63,602 nt of DNA, filler included, from Octopus bimaculoides (GCF_001194135.2; 3 parts of 3 records of this genome joined end to end with filler, not necessarily neighbours in it), one strand, 5' to 3'. Positions 11,894 to 24,075 are shown, counted from the whole stretch's first letter. The notes: a model not told the origin generated them from the letters alone. Numbers and translations: made by a program.

Positions 11894-12707
11894 TGTGTGT
11901 GTACGTACGTACGTGAATGTAATTTATGCACGTCCACAAATTAGCACGCATGTCGCTCCAATTTTAGGAAGACATTCGTCAAGACCCTAGCTGTATTTTC
12001 GTCAAATTATTTTTTCCGAGGCACCCGCGGATAGCGGTAAAAATCGATTTTCAACCTTAACTTTTACCAATTTTGATGTTTGCTAACATGATTTAAGTCC
12101 CTTCTTGCCATAGCGAAGTTAAAACTCTGTCTGTGCGTGTGTGTGTATGTGTGTGAGGGAGAGAGATAAGTTGTGTTGATGTATGTGTGTGTGTGAGGGA
12201 GAGAGAGTAAGTGACAGCGTTCACCAAAAATAAAAATGTATAATGTTTTTTTTTTTTCTCACACAACAATTAAGATATATTTATTTTAAATCATTTATTC
12301 ATTTTAAATCGTTCATCTTTCTTTCCCCCGCTCTCTCTCTCACACACACACACACATTACTTTGGGCGCGAAAGAGTTTTGCTTTTATTTTACGCCGAGG
12401 AAAAAAGTCTTTTGTTGAGAATCCATTTATTTAACAACAAAGATACANNNNNNNNNNNNNNNNNNNNNNNNNNNNNNNNNNNNNNNNNNNNNNNNNNNNN
12501 NNNNNNNNNNNNNNNNNNNNNNNNNNNNNNNNNNNNNNNNNNNNNNNNNNNNNNNNNNNNNNNNNNNNNNNNNNNNNNNNNNNNNNNNNNNNNNNNNNNN
12601 NNNNNNNNNNNNNNNNNNNNNNNNNNNNNNNNNNNNNNNNNNNNNNNNNNNNNNNNNNNNNNNNNNNNNNNNNNNNNNNNNNNNNNNNNNNNNNNNNNNN
12701 NNNNNNN

Positions 12708-14010
12708 TCCTCATTGCGACAGGACTTTAACACACTCCCACCAAAGTTACTTCTGGAGTTGTCATATGACGCTGATGGCCTTGCAGAGTGCCTGAGAATA
12801 AATGAACCGAAATTGCTCCCTGATCAGAGGCTGGTGTACGAAACTGTCGTCAATGCCGTTGAAAAACAGGCGGGCGGCATTTTTTTCCTCGATGCTCCTA
12901 GAGGTACTGGCAAATCCTTTGTAACACAATTAATACTTGCTAAGATTCGTCGCGAGAAACAAATTGCGCTAGCCGTTGCTTCCTCGGGAATCGCTGCTAT
13001 GTCATTCCCTTTACATTTGGTGAGGGCCGAGGTTCCTACTTGCAACATTGGCAAAAATTCAGTGGAGGCTGAAGTTCTTAGACAGTACCGTCTCATTGTA
13101 TGGGACGAATGCACAATGACCAATAAGGGTGCCCTTGAGGCACTGAACCGGTCACTGAAAGGTATCAGGGATTCTACAGCTTCTATGGGTGGTGTAACTC
13201 TATTGCTTTCAGGAGATTTCTGGCAAACCCTTCCTTTCATCCCTAAAGGGAGACGGGCTGATGAAGTGCGTGCATGCCTTAAGTTATCCACGTTAAGACC
13301 TTAAGCCTAAGTACAAACATGCTTGCGCACTTGCTTGGTGACAGCACGCCTGCAGCATTTGCTGAAGACATTTTAGCCCTTGGAGAAGGCAAGGTCCTTA
13401 GAAATGACAGGGGCGACATATCCATCTCTGAAGTGTACTACATCGTGGAAAACCCTTCCGATCTTTTGGAAACAGTGTTCCCCAATCTGGAAAGTAACAA
13501 TGCAGACATCAATTGACTTAATGAGAGAACCATCCTAGCCCCCAAAAAACGTAGCTGTCAGTGCTATCAACGACCAGCTCATAAGCCGAATTTCAGGTGA
13601 GGAGCGCATCTACAAATCGACTGACCGGATCTCTGACCCACAAAACATTGTCAATTACCCTATCGAGTTTCTCAACTCATTGGAGCCAGCAAGGGTTCCA
13701 CCTCACATTCTTAGGCTAAGAGTTGGATGCCCATTTATGCTAATCAGAAACTTGCTTTCGCCTAAACAGTGCAAGGGGACCCGCTTAGTAATCAACGCCC
13801 CACTTGATTGAGGCCACCATTGTTACAGGGTGCGGGAGGGGTGAAAATGCTTTCATTTCAAGAATGCAGCTTTATCCCTCGGGGTCAGACATGCCGTTTT
13901 ACTTCCGCAGATCGCAGTGAGACCATGCTTCGCCATGTCCATCAACAAACTCAAAGGACCAGATCAAATGTTATATGGTACTTTGATCGATGCTCAAACG
14001 ACTATGCTAC
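12708..14010 (+). pseudogene. Helitron RepHel PIF1-type helicase domain, disrupted
   Basis: FFLDAPRGTGKSF (Walker A), IVWDECTM (Walker B), LLLSGDFWQTLP, LRVGCPFMLIRNL, FAMSINK motifs with stops and frameshifts; 5' part lost in gap. Confidence 0.92.
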
Positions 14011-14129
14011 TTCGCCATCTTAATGAGGAGTTTCTGAGCTTACACAAAGTTTAGACAAAACAATAGTCATATCGCTTTCATAGTAAATGAATATAAGCTT
14101 TGATAGTAAATGAATATAAGTAGTGAGAG

Positions 14130-14300
14130 CTTGTTCGAAGTGTTATAGAGTTCCAGCTATGACTGTTCTGGCATTTTGTATAACAGAACTATAATATCTA
14201 GCGTGTCTTTCTTTTCCGTTTTTAAGACAGTATGGTAATATTTATGAGATATTTTGCTGCTATTTTTAGCAACACCAGTGACCTGTAAAAGCTCCCTATT
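14130..14300 (-). repeat. Degenerate dispersed repeat, related copies at ~15160-15230, 20550-20700 and 20740-20880
   Basis: Shared GCTAAAAATAGCAG..AAAT..C..AAAT..CA..CT..GTCTT..AAA motif between copies. Confidence 0.55.
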
Positions 14301-14824
14301 ATGTTGTGGAGTAGTGTAGTGTAATTTGTGAGAAGTGTGATGGCGCGAAGTTGGTATGGTTTTGTGTGTACTGAAGGACTTGGCATTGTTTTACTTTCGT
14401 GACTTCAGGAAAGTAAAAGAATCACCTGGATTTCAGTTCGTCTGTAGTGCAAAGTCATACCAACTTCAGACCAGTTGTGAGAGGGGTGGGGGGGTGGAAA
14501 GAACCTGTATTAGTTTATTATGGTGGTGTAGGGTGTTAGTAAGTTGTATTCATGTGAACGATTTGTGAGAATCGGAGAAATTTGCTTTCACACACTGAAT
14601 AACAATACTGTCTAAAAGTGGACAGTGTTGAGCGAAGACGAGTGAACAGCCGGGTTAGCTACTTTGCACTCTTGAATTTGGTGTTTCATACCTCTCTTTC
14701 AAATACTACCGGAGCCCATTAATGCGTTCATTTACATCATTGTCATTAAAAAAGTATGAATGTCACAGCCTCCCAATTTTACCTTTTCTGAAATATAGGA
14801 CAAGCCAGTTACGATCATATAGAC

Positions 14825-15121
14825 CAGGGGTTTTCAAACTGTGGTCTACGGACCACAGGGGGTCCGCAAAGACAAGACAGGGGGTCCGTGGACAGCAAAT
14901 ACTTTTTATGGGCAATTTGATTTTATATATGTTTTTTAATCGAAATCTTTTAATTGACAATAAACCTATTTGTTAAATACTGTTAAATAAATAGATATAA
15001 AGATATCTGTTATTTTAAGCAAATATTTATGTATAAATTTCATAAGCGTTTATAAGGGGGTCCCTAAGGTAAAGCCTGAAATATAAAGGGGTCCGCAAGT
15101 CAAAAAGTTTGAAAACCCCTG
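14825..15121. mobile_element. hAT (Charlie-like) MITE, 297 bp
   Basis: Perfect 16-bp TIRs CAGGGGTTTTCAAACT / AGTTTGAAAACCCCTG and perfect 8-bp TSD ATATAGAC. Confidence 0.95.
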
Positions 15122-15974
15122 ATATAGACCTATCATCAAATGCGTTTCAAGACCACAGTGTCTTTACATTCTTTTTAAAGCTGATATGGTATGATCTGAG
15201 GAAGATTTGGCTGATATTTCAAGCAGGCGGTGTGGCAGCATTAATTTTCCCTCGTTGGCTCGGGTATAAGGCCTTTGAGTCTAGACGTACAAAGATGACT
15301 TTTCATCGAATCGAGTCCTTGACGTGGTTCCCATTTGAAGCTTTAACTGCTTATGATGACATGAAGGTTATAACATCTCGTTAAACCCTTGGCTAGTAGG
15401 TTTAGTCCATTCTTTTTTTACTTCAGCACCAACACCTGGCCCCCTGAGTATCCTTAATGGAGTCCACTCTGTTGCAAGCACTTACTTGGGTTAGGTCTCC
15501 GGTTTGAGGACTCATTCTGCCCACCGATCTCACAAGCCCTGTGAATGGTCATGCACACTACTTTTTCTTCCTGACTAAATAATAAGAAAGCCCAAACCAT
15601 AGAATCTTAAACTATGGCTTTTTTTTTTCTCTTAACTCAAGACATATCGACTAGTCGAGTGAAGATTTAAGAGCTCGAATCATGTTACGATATGTTTGTA
15701 ATAAAAGAAATAATTACTTACAAAACTCTTGTTTGAATAATTCAAACTCATCTACCGTGACTGCAATAATAACAAAGAAATGCGCCGCACGTTAAGTATG
15801 GACGATGCAACGATGGAGGATCTGAGCAAAGTGTGAAAATTGCGATGTATAATGCAAAGATACAGGAAGGGAATTCATTTATTTTTCTCGTTAGTTCTGT
15901 ATAACTGCAAACCATGGCTGCTAAACGCAGAGCAACGGAGCAACGGAGCAATGTCGGCAATATAGAGTTATTGT

Positions 15975-16230
15975 AAGGCGGCGAGCTGGCAGAAGCGTTA
16001 GCACGCCGGGTGAAATGCTTAGCGGTATTTCGTTTGTCTTTACATTCTGAGTTCAAATTCCGCCGAGGTCGACNNNNNNNNNNTGTCTTTACATTCTGAG
16101 TTCAAATTCCGCCGAGGTCGACTTTGCCTTTCATCCTTTCGGGGTCGATAAATTAAGTACCATTTGCACACTGGGGTCGATCTAATCAACTGGCTTCCTC
16201 CCTAAAAATTTCGGGCCTAGTAGAAAAGAA
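15975..16230 (+). mobile_element. Full-length SINE family B
   Basis: GGCGAGCTGGCAGAA head, GAGTTCAAATTCC B box, GACTTTGCCTTTCATCCTTTCGGGGTCGATAAA core (Meta/MESC-like, inference); TSD TATAGAGTTATTGT / TATAGAATTATTGT. Confidence 0.9.
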
Positions 16231-17317
16231 TATAGAATTATTGTGTTAAGTCCTTATACTACGGATCATTTAGATAACCCACAGTGCCTTCATGACTAAG
16301 AAGAGTATCCTCCAATCTGACTAAACATTGTGACCAAGAGGAAACTGCCAAGCTTAACAAGTGCTTTGAACCGAAACTCTGGGATCTTGAGTTACTTTTG
16401 TAGCTTCACAGCTAATAAGAGATACACATACATATATATGTATACGTTTTATACGAGTGCGTGTACTTTGTGTGCATATGTGTGTGTGTATGTATGCTTG
16501 TTTGTCTGTGTGTGCATACATGTGCACGCGTGTGCGTGTATATATGTGTGCGTGTGTGTGTGTGCGTGCGTATGTGTGTGTTGTAAGAGAGAGAGAGAGA
16601 GAGAGAAAGAAAGACACAGAGATGAGTGTACGAGTGCGTGAATATGTAATAAGCATAAATATAGAATTTCCGTCTAATATTCACTTCCTTCTTTATAAAT
16701 AGTAGCATGTAGCATTGTATGTAATGGAGAGGAAGTTGTCAGCCATAAATAATGTTGGAACTTGGGTTTCAAATTAACTAGTTTTATTCCCTAATAGTCA
16801 CAACATTACATTTTGGAATAACCAAACTGATGGTAGAAATTGGCTTCTTCTGCACTAAAATATACTTGAAAATAAACATACAAACATAAATAAACGTATA
16901 TATTTTCAGTCTTTGCTTACATCGAAGATCCATAAAATTTCGAAATATTGAAAGCATAGGGAGAGTCGTATCGAAAAGAATTTTATTGTTCCCTTTGACG
17001 TTATTTTTCAGCCATTCAAGTTATTCTTTAGTCACACAACACTCGTATCTAAATTATCTTTTTTATTCTCCGATTTAATCTGAGATCTCATATCAAGTAA
17101 GGAAGCAAGGGTTTGAAAATTAGTGACTTTTGTAAACATGTTATTTTTGTACGATAATAATTATTGTTATATTTTGTCATTTTTTAATTTTTACTTTTTC
17201 TGTCGAAAGTTTTCTCTGTTTCATAAAAGGTGTATTCAGTGTAATTTATATCATGGCAAGCAATATTTGTTTGGTGTTGTAGGGAGGAAAATAAATACAT
17301 TTTATGTCGGCTATTGG

Positions 17318-17570
17318 GGAGGCGCGTGGCTTAGTGGTTAGGGTGTCATTATCATGATCGTAAAGATTGTAGTTTCGATTCCTGGACCGGGCGACGCGTT
17401 GTGTTCTTGAGTAAAACACTTCATTTCACGTTTCTCCAGTCCATTCAGCTGGCAAAAATGAGTAACGCTGCGATAGACTGGCGTCCCGTCCAGCTAGGGA
17501 ACACATACGCCATTGAAATCGGGAAACCGGGCCTATGAGCCCGGCTAGGCTTTAAAAAAGGGCGCATTTG
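17318..17570 (+). mobile_element. tRNA-derived SINE family D (CORE/V-like central domain)
   Basis: A box TGGCTTAGTGG, B box GTTTCGATTCC, TTGTGTTCTTGAGTAAAACACTT core; sister copy at 54761-55000. Confidence 0.85.
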
Positions 17571-17829
17571 TTTTATTTTATTGTGAAGAGAAGAGCGGTA
17601 ACATATCAACAGTGTGTCACACGTTCAGAAGAATTAATAGAATATAACATTTTCTTTGTTACTGAAATAGGTAAGACTAAATTTAGAATATTTAATAAAA
17701 TATCCGTGGTTCGGTGAAGTATCTTCAATGAATAGATTTGGACATGTGAACCGGAGGTGGGAAATTTGAATTAAAGCAAGTGTTTTTCTATTGGATATTT
17801 TATATTGGATACTCTTTCTGAGAGGTATC

Positions 17830-18170
17830 TAAACGTATCCCTCCTTACGGAGCATAGGCAGTCGACAATTTTTCTAAACTATTTTCGATTCTGGTCTGAA
17901 AGCCTTCCTCTATCGGACCTTGTTGGTTGTGAATTGTCATCGATTCTTCTGTAGATTTGCTTTTGGCCCTACGCAAACCCATTTTACCTCTCTAAGAAGA
18001 GATGGTTCATATTAGTCTGGCTTCTATTCGTTAACTCTTCCAACATGGGAAGATCTACCAGGAGCTAGTACTCTGCTACCATAGTTTCCAGGGTCATTGG
18101 AGAACACAAGCCACCATACTGCAAGAAAGAGTGAACCTTGCATGGAAGAGGTATCTAGTTATAAAATATT
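17830..18170 (-). mobile_element. Old retroposon fragment, possibly RTE-related
   Basis: GTATCCCTCCTTACGGAGCATAGG and CAGGGTCATTGGAGAACACAAGCCACC segments resemble RTE termini; heavily diverged. Confidence 0.3.
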
Positions 18171-18260
18171 TGTGGCGAGTTAAGAGATGTAGAGTTTACG
18201 ACTCACTGCAATAATAGATGGGTAAGAAAGGCAATAATGGAATAAAGATATTAGCAATAT

Positions 18261-18424
18261 GCGCAGGATTGGCTGTGTGGTAAGTAGCTTGCTTACCAAC
18301 CACATGGTTCCGGGTTCAGTCCCACTGCGTGGCACCTTGAGCAAGTGTCTTCTACTATAGCCTCGGGCCGACCAAACTCTTGAGTGTGGATTTGGTAGAG
18401 GGAAACTGAAAGAAGTCCGTCGTA

Positions 18425-18459
<35 letters not shown>

Positions 18460-18716
18460 NNNNNNNNNNNNNNNNNNNNNNNNNNNNNNNNNNNNNNNNN
18501 NNNNNNNNATGTATGTATGTGTGTTTGTGTGTCTGTGATTGTCCCCCCACCATCGCTTGACAACCGATGCTGGTATGTTTACGTCCCCGTAACTTAGCGG
18601 TTCGGCAAAAAGAGACCGATAGAATAAGTGCTGGGGTCGATTTGCTCGACTAAAGGCGTTGCTCCAGCATGGCCGCAGTCAAATGACTGAAACAAGTAAA
18701 AGAGTAAAAGAGTAAA
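18261..18716 (+). mobile_element. Full-length SINE family A (gap inside its microsatellite)
   Basis: Head GCGCAGGATTGGCTGTGTGGTAAG...GGGTTCAGTCCC, GCACCTTGAGCAAGTGTCTT core; 3' half matches 1-265. Confidence 0.92.
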
Positions 18717-18814
18717 TGTAATTGAAGGAAAACGGTGGGAAGCAGATAGTTCATTCTGGTTATTATTAGTTACTCCGCAAGTTTTTGCTCTGTTCGATGA
18801 ATAAAATATGAAAG

Positions 18815-18896
18815 ATGGCGGCTACGTTTCGCAACAATTTTATACTTGGCAAGAATATCGTTTTGCCTTTGTCGTACAGTCCTGCATACGCTAAAG
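18815..18896 (+). CDS. Candidate first coding exon MAATFRNNFILGKNIVLPLSYSPAYAK (phase 1)
   Basis: AAGATGGCGGC start (YY1-like motif overlapping ATG), open frame, AAG|GTAATG donor; unique sequence; no homology recognised. Confidence 0.4.
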
Positions 18897-19375
18897 GTAA
18901 TGCAGTTATTTTTTAGGCTACCTCCCACTGTTGCTTCACTGCAATATACTTAATTATAAATGGAGTTAATTTCGTGCAAAGTTATTATTAATTAGCTTGT
19001 CAATTAGTGATTTACTAATTAAAGAATATTTTTATGAAACTAAATTACTTTATAAAGTTTTTCCAATCTAACCTCGTAGATTTGCTCGGAATGCTCACAG
19101 AAATATCACAGATGGTTAATTTGCACATACGATTTAATTTGTAATGTAACAGATTGGTTTATTTTCAGCCATATAGATTATACATGTTATATATTTACTT
19201 AAAAGTCGTAAAATTGTATAATTAGATTTATAGTGACGTGTGTTTTTGACGGCATTCCTAACTAAAATAGCTATTAACTTCCGCTCTAAAGTAATAGTCA
19301 TTTTTAAATTTTAAACTATGAGAATATATTTTCTCTTTAGGATTTTCAATAAAACATCTATACCTCGAAGATCTC

Positions 19376-19745
19376 ATCAATATTGGTGTTTGTGTCATCA
19401 ATATCAGTGTTTATGTCCTCAGTTTTGGTGTTTGCGTCATCAATATCAGTGTTTATGTCCTCAGTTTTGGTGTTTGTGTCATCAATATCAGTGTTTATGT
19501 CCTCAGTTTTGGTGTTTGCGTCATCAATATCGGCGTTTTTGGCATCACTTTAGGCATTTGTATCATCAATAGTAGTGTATCAATATTAGAGTGTGTTCAT
19601 CAATATTGGTGTTTGTCTCATTAATTGATTGTTTATAATCATCAATATTGGTGTTTGTTTCATCAATATTTGTGTTTGTTTCATCATTATCACTATTCGT
19701 TTCACGAATATTGATGTTTGTTAGATCAATATTGATGTTCATCTC
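19376..19745. repeat. 21/42-bp minisatellite
   Basis: Three near-perfect 42-bp units at 19395-19520 (TCATCAATATCAGTGTTTATGTCCTCAGTTTTGGTGTTTGYG) within a degenerate 21-bp array. Confidence 0.9.
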
Positions 19746-21314
19746 TTCAATGTTGATATTTATCTCCAGTTTCATGCTACTCAGGCGTTGAAAAGTAATT
19801 CTTTATCCAGTTGACAAGCAGATCCTCCACAAATGATAATTCCAGCCGAACCGAAGTAAAAAGAATGAAGTGTTATATCTAGATATGCTCAAATTCAGTC
19901 TCATAATCCATTGAGTTGTGACATTAGTTCATATTATGGCCCCTTGATTAATTTGTTATTATGCAACAAGTCTATCAATCAAGTTCATCCTTCTCTAAGC
20001 TATACACAACAATGATAGGACCGGAGATCAATGCAGCAAACTAGTGAAATACCCGATAATTTATACAGCATCCCGGCTATTTAGCAGCATGTGGTACCTT
20101 TTTACAGCTAGGTGTATTAAGCCATTGGACGACTTAAAACCAAGTGCGTTTGGAACGGGACGAATCGCATCACCGGTAGTATATGAACAGCTGAACCATC
20201 GGTCAACAGGCAAATATTCCATCCATTCGACAAGCTTGCCAGCATTTAATTTTAAACAACCAATCAGCGGCAGAGTAATCAAATTTTCTCCACTTAATCG
20301 AAATAATTTCGTGGTCATATTTTGTTCCTAATCGCCAAGTTTGAAATGTTAAACGTTTTAAAATACAAAGTACATAAAAAAGGCACAACTAACTTTCAAT
20401 TCTGCTTTCGTTTATTTTATTTTTACTTCCTAAAAGAAAGAAAAAAAAAATGACATTTTTATAACTTCGTGTCATATAACAGCTTTAGTAGAGTTAGTGG
20501 CTATTGTAATTGAATGAACCAAAAAAAAAATTAAACAAGGTGACTAGAGAGACTCAACGTGATCGCTAAAAATAACAGCCAATTTACCCTTAAGTCAGCA
20601 TTACAGTCTCCAAACCTGGGAAAGGACACTTTAGATAATCTCATCCTAGATACACAATGGTTAAACAATGACAAGAACAACAAAATCTTTTTTGACAGAG
20701 GAAGGCCCATTTTCTTAAGTGTTAAGTATTAGTTCTATGGGAGTTTCTCCACAGCTACTCAAGTCGCTAAAAATAGCAAATAAATCTTCTTCAAAAGACA
20801 ACCTACCATCTTCAAATAGGAAAGAGGCATTGAATAATTTATGCCTGGATACACTATTCCTGAAAATCGACAGGATAGTCAAGACTGGAACATCTTTTTT
20901 ATCAGAGATTTGATACTTGCATCAGCACTGAATTGAAGGTCAGAGATTTATTGTTTATGCACCGACAGACAGTTCTCTTCGCAATCTCACTGCCTCACCC
21001 TTTGAGATAGTGTTGTAAAAGGTTAATAGTTGCACTAGAGACATTAGTCTCTCTCTATCACCTTTCAACAAAATTATATATTAAGAAACAGTAGAACAAT
21101 TAACAACATAATAAAAATCAGTTTTATTTTTGGTGATGCTTGGTTTTACAAATCCTGTGTCATTCAGCCTAGCAGCCACTGGTTAACTTGTAATCGGCAT
21201 TGGAAGGTTAAGGGCTTCGTTGATGCCTGCCAGAGGAGCAAGTAGCTGTCACGTCGAAGGCATCGTGGTGAAGAGGCTTAGAAAACGAAAGTAACGCTTT
21301 AAGTACTGGTTTTA

Positions 21315-21413
21315 CTACGCATGCGCACTCGATGGGCTTCCGGGAAGGCAAGTTCCTTGCGCATGCGTAGATTGTACTTCCTTAATGGCGGCCATAATTT
21401 CGCGCCACTACAA
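21315..21413. promoter_or_regulatory. Housekeeping-type promoter motif cluster
   Basis: Two NRF1-like GCGCATGCG sites as a 13-bp inverted pair (21315-27, 21358-70), CTTCCGG (ETS-like, 21337-43), ATGGCGGCCAT (YY1-like, 21385-95), TTTCGCGC (E2F-like, 21398-405), ACTACAA (21407-13); CpG-rich. Confidence 0.6.
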
Positions 21414-22372
21414 TGTCTTCTACTAAAGCCTCGAGTGGCCCAAAACTTTGTGATGGAAATTTGGTGGAAGGAAACTGTGCAGAGAAAATAAAATAAAAAC
21501 GGACAAAATAAAAAGCTGGAAGAAGACCTTTGAATATAGGTATTCTACGTCAGAACTGAATGGAAGTATGACAACAAAACTACTACTGTTGCCACTACCA
21601 CCACCACTACCTCCACTACCTCCACCACTACCACCACCACTACTGCTACTACTTCCACTTTTCTTGTAATTCGAACCATTTAACAAAGTTATACTTTTAA
21701 ATGTCGGTGACAGAGTGTTTGCATCTGCCTGCGGTTACCTAAAGATTGAAGTTTTATTATCAGTGTTGCTACGTGTTGTAATGCCTGAAATTTAATAAGG
21801 TAAACTTAGTGGGGGTTAGACAAGGTGTTTAGTCTACAAAAAACTTCCGTTAGTCATATATTTCACAGATTGTACTTCAAATATTTTTCATTAAATCTTT
21901 TTGTACTGGATTTATTGAAGGGGTTTTTTTTTTCATATAATTGTTATTGATTAAATATAGCTCCACATCATAGATTTAAATTCGGATGCGATAAATAGTC
22001 ACGTGTTTTGAGAATTCATGACTGGCATCCTTGGTGTTAAGACTTGATTTTCTTAGATAATTAAATGCCCTTTGTTGTTCTGACACCATGATATTTTCTA
22101 AACGTTCTCTCTCTTTCTCTCTCGCTTTCTTCCCTTTCTCTCTCTCTCTCTCTCTCTCTTTGTTTCTCTCTTCCCTTTCTCTCTCTCTCTCTCATTCTAT
22201 CTCTCCTCTATATGTGTGTACGTAATATATTAATTACGTTATACTCACATATACATATAATGTAATAATATATGTACACCCATGTATAAAGTAATGTGTA
22301 TATGTGTATATGTATGTGTATGTGTGTGCTTGTGTAACCTATACAATATTATTAATTAAGTTCTGTATACGG

Positions 22373-22580
22373 TCAAAGGGCGGTTTCGTAAATAATTAAT
22401 CCTTCCTACAAGGAAAAAATAATTAAATATTTGTCAGACATAGTGGTTCGAAATGTATAGCTTGGACACTTTTCGAAAGACCAAGCTATATATTTCCGAC
22501 CTGCCATGTCTGATGGATATTTGATTAATCTTTCCTCGTAGAGAAAATTAATTATATATAAAACCATTCGCAACCTTTAG
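22373..22580. mobile_element. Old palindromic (foldback) MITE
   Basis: ~95-bp diverged inverted arms centred on CTTGGACACTTTTCGAAAGACCAAG. Confidence 0.7.
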
Positions 22581-23160
22581 CTATATTGGGATCTTAATTT
22601 ATACTAAGGTATAAAACCTGCTCCTTTTTCTGACTTATGAATGATCATCGAACAGTTAACATGTATACATACATACATATACATACAAACTATATGCATA
22701 TTTTATATANNNNNNNNNNNNNNNNNNNNNNNNNNNNNNNNNNNNNNNNNNNNNNNNNNNNNNNNNNNNNNNNNNNNNNNNNNNNNNNNNNNNNNNNNNN
22801 NNNNNNNNNNNNNNNNNNNNNNNNNNNNNNNNNNNNNNNNNNNNNNNNNNNNNNNNNNNNNNNNNNNNNNNNNNNNNNNNNNNNNNNNNNNNNNNNNNNN
22901 NNNNNNNNNNNNNNNNNNNNNNNNNNNNNNNNNNNNNNNNNNNNNNNNNNNNNNNNNNNNNNNNNNNNNNNNNNNNNNNNNNNNNNNNNNNNNNNNNNNN
23001 NNNNNNNNNNNNNNNNNNNNNNNNNNNNNNNNNNNNNNNNNNNNNNNNNNNNNNNNNNNNNNNNNNNNNNNNNNNNNNNNNNNNNNNNNNNNNNNNNNNN
23101 NNNNNNNNNNNNNNNNNNNNNNNNNNNNNNNNNNNNNNNNNNNNNNNNNNNNNNNNNNNN

Positions 23161-23239
<79 letters not shown>

Positions 23240-23344
23240 GTATGTATATATATATACATGTATATATACATACATGCATGCATGCATACATACATATACA
23301 TACATGCATGCATACATACATAAATACATACATACATGTAGGCT

Positions 23345-23678
23345 GATGGACTAAGGGAAATCCACCTCTTTGGTGGAATTCATTTGGAAACTCAGGTATT
23401 ACGGATCTATGCGTGTCCCCATTCCCTCCTCAGAATAACATCGAAGCAGCAGGGAAAGTTTTCTTCAAACAGAAAACCACGCTGAAAGGGAAGCAATTTT
23501 AGTCGCGAGAGGGAATTATGAAAATAAATGACGGCAGATCTCCAGTTACAGAACTGCTGGAAGAAGTATGTGAACTCCCAAGAGGTGTGTTTTGAAGTTG
23601 ACTGAATAAAATTTGGTACGAAATTGTTTTGTTTTTTTAATGCCTAAAGGCCGGGTACTTTTTTTAACGTACCTCATA
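23345..23678 (+). mobile_element. Mariner 3' fragment
   Basis: FFKQKTTLKGKQF and LQNCWKKYVNSQEVCFEVD* match the mariner C-terminus; TIR-like ACTTTTTTTAACGTACCTCA+TA. Confidence 0.75.
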
Positions 23679-24075
23679 TGTTGGGCATGAAATTAAGAGC
23701 TCAAATTTCTTTTAATAATAATTTTTCATATTTTCATATTATTTCTTATTATATTTAGTTTGGAACAATGCATGTTAAATCCGTTAACATTTCTAAACCT
23801 GCTCGGCTTCATCTGCTGAATGGAGTGCGAACGAGAGTGGTGCTTTTATAGCCACATTTTCCTTTTAGTTTTTTTTTATGTAGATACCAAGGAACATAGG
23901 GCTGAAGTATAACTATCGAACTGGAAATATGCTCAACAGATATCTCTAAGTTACCTTCAGTAACTATGTGAGTATGTGAGCTTTGCTTGTAAGAGAGTGT
24001 GTGTGCGTATGTGAGTACATCTATAAATACATTATCTACATTTGACGGATATTCGTCCTCATCGTGTTTGTTGTT

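Noticed and set aside
16035-16122. 39-bp direct repeat across a 10-N gap
   Set aside because: Unmerged contig overlap inside a SINE
18600-18640. Deletion in the SINE relative to the copy at 1-265
   Set aside because: Ordinary slippage between internal AGAATAAGT direct repeats
19395-19520. 42-bp repeats as a CRISPR array
   Set aside because: Head-to-tail units with no unique spacers; eukaryotic context
21673-21795. KVILLNVGDRVFASACGYLK resembling a BTB/KCTD start
   Set aside because: In-frame stops immediately before and shortly after, no acceptor; similarity too short
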